Shown here one piece after another: positions 62,851-64,000 of a stretch of 64,000 nt of DNA. A program made the position numbers and the translations under genes. Origin of the DNA: Gemmatimonadota bacterium (lineage in GTDB: Bacteria; Gemmatimonadota; Gemmatimonadetes; Palauibacterales; Palauibacteraceae); the NCBI GenBank assembly GCA_039588275.1, contig JBDHAC010000010.1:1-64000 (forward strand). The letters run 5' to 3'. Each line of letters starts with the position of its first letter. Positions within the stretch are counted from its first letter, which is position 1. The notes under the pieces were generated by a model that was not told where the DNA came from, ran no database searches, and saw only the letters and a list, made by a program, of their open reading frames with translations.

Positions 62851-64000
62851 TCAGCGCTCGACCTCGAACGCGAGCAATACGTTGCCGGAGATCTGCCCGA
62901 AGAGCCCATATCCGGAGTTCACGAGCAGCATGCCGCGCGATACCACAGGACCCGGGCCGTCGAGCGCACCTCCCCGCCCCGGAATCCCGTTGGCGGTCTC
63001 GAACTCGCGCACGGTGTCGAAGTCCCACAGCACGGACCCGTCCTCGGTCGAATACGCCCGCAGGTGACCGTCCAGGCTCCCCGAGAGGACCGCACCGGGG
63101 ATCGCCGTGGGCGCGGCTGAGAGGGCCGGGACGCAACCCTCCCTGTTGGCACACGCCGATGGATCCGCGGGGGCGCTCCACAGCACCTCGCCACTCCCGA
63201 GATCCAGGGCGTAGAGACCCGGGGAGGCCGGGAAGTCCGGCTCGATCCCCATCATTCCGGCAGGCGTGTCCGAGTTCGGCGCGTAGACGCGCTCTCCGTC
63301 ACTCGCGAGCCCCCAGTGCACGCCGCCGAGGGCGCTCCCCTTCCCGACCTTCGTGGCCCACAAGACCTCACCGTCCGTGTCCGGGTCCAGGGCCCACACG
63401 ACACCCGACTTCTGGCCGGCCACGAGGATCTCTTTCCCGCCCGGCTCGGTCACGAGGACGGGGGCCATGCCAAAATCCACATCCGGACCGATGGGATCGG
63501 GACAATTCTCATCCTGCGGCGAGCCGCACGACAGATTCCACGAATCGTCGCTCGTCCCCTGGTACGACCACGCGAGCTCCCCGGTGAGCAGATCGAGGGC
63601 GAGGATCGCATCGCTGTACTCGGTCGATGGACGGGTGTAGTTCTCGCCCGTCCCCACGTACAGCAGGCCGCGCTGCACGTCCACCGTGGGGCTGGACCAG
63701 ACCGGCGCCCCCGATGGCGCGAACGTCCTGGCTCCGGCGGCGTTCGTCCCCACCTCGCGCGGCTCCTCGCGGATCGCGCGGTGGCGCCAGACCTCGACCC
63801 CACTCGCCACTTCGAGCGCGATCACCTCGCCCGATGACGTGCAGCACTCGTATTCGGGGTTCCCGGCCGTCGCGACCTCCATCGAGGAGACCGGCACGTA
63901 TACGCGGCCGTCATGGAGCGCGACGGTCCCTGTGTTGCTGGCCTCCGGGTGCGAGCCCACGCGAGTCGTCCACAGGAGCTCGCCGGTGGCGGCGTCCAGG
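62851..64000 (-). CDS. PQQ-binding beta-propeller protein (PVA dehydrogenase-like), 5' end beyond window
   Basis: VPVSS.E, vicinal CC, GAPVWSSPTVD, LYVGTGENY, DFGMAP, AGQKSG and VNSGYG. Confidence 0.85.
   Translation of the reverse strand, partial: LDAATGELLWTTRVGSHPEASNTGTVALHDGRVYVPVSSMEVATAGNPEYECCTSSGEVIALEVASGVEVWRHRAIREEPREVGTNAAGARTFAPSGAPVWSSPTVDVQRGLLYVGTGENYTRPSTEYSDAILALDLLTGELAWSYQGTSDDSWNLSCGSPQDENCPDPIGPDVDFGMAPVLVTEPGGKEILVAGQKSGVVWALDPDTDGEVLWATKVGKGSALGGVHWGLASDGERVYAPNSDTPAGMMGIEPDFPASPGLYALDLGSGEVLWSAPADPSACANREGCVPALSAAPTAIPGAVLSGSLDGHLRAYSTEDGSVLWDFDTVREFETANGIPGRGGALDGPGPVVSRGMLLVNSGYGLFGQISGNVLLAFEVER

Overview
GC-rich bacterial chromosomal window. Gene content and style suggest Gemmatimonadota, which is inference only. 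It holds about 45 CDSs, and I found no rRNA, tRNA, CRISPR array, transposase or integrase. In order: an AbrB/VapC toxin-antitoxin pair, an AGCS amino-acid symporter, an ECF sigma/anti-sigma/CpxP-like/DUF4382 cluster, glycogen genes (glgP, glgB, glgA, GH57), hydrolases and peptidases, an orphan PilX-like gene and a YcaQ-like glycosylase. The most striking feature follows at about 24.2-38.3 kb: a tandemly duplicated two-gene module. In each copy a membrane-spanning SARP/BTAD regulator with an extracytoplasmic PD40 beta-propeller is divergent from a large RCC1-repeat lipoprotein. Both intergenic regions carry three TCAC repeats at 11-bp spacing placed 10 nt upstream of a TAGCCT -10 box, plus a long 5'-UTR hairpin with a compensatory base change. 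The two lipoproteins share their N-terminal half and an identical 28-nt downstream hairpin but have unrelated C-terminal cassettes. The rest is mostly metabolism and transport: bstA, ABC_ATPase family protein, M50 protease, alpha-hydroxy-acid oxidase, solo HicB, serine hydrolase, SSS symporter, APH/AAA kinase, two tandem ZIPs, S41 peptidase, an uncharacterised Fe-S gene pair, DUF4097, saccharopine dehydrogenase family, SLC13/TrkA-C transporter and a PQQ-propeller protein. All family calls come from motif recognition by eye; no database searches were run.
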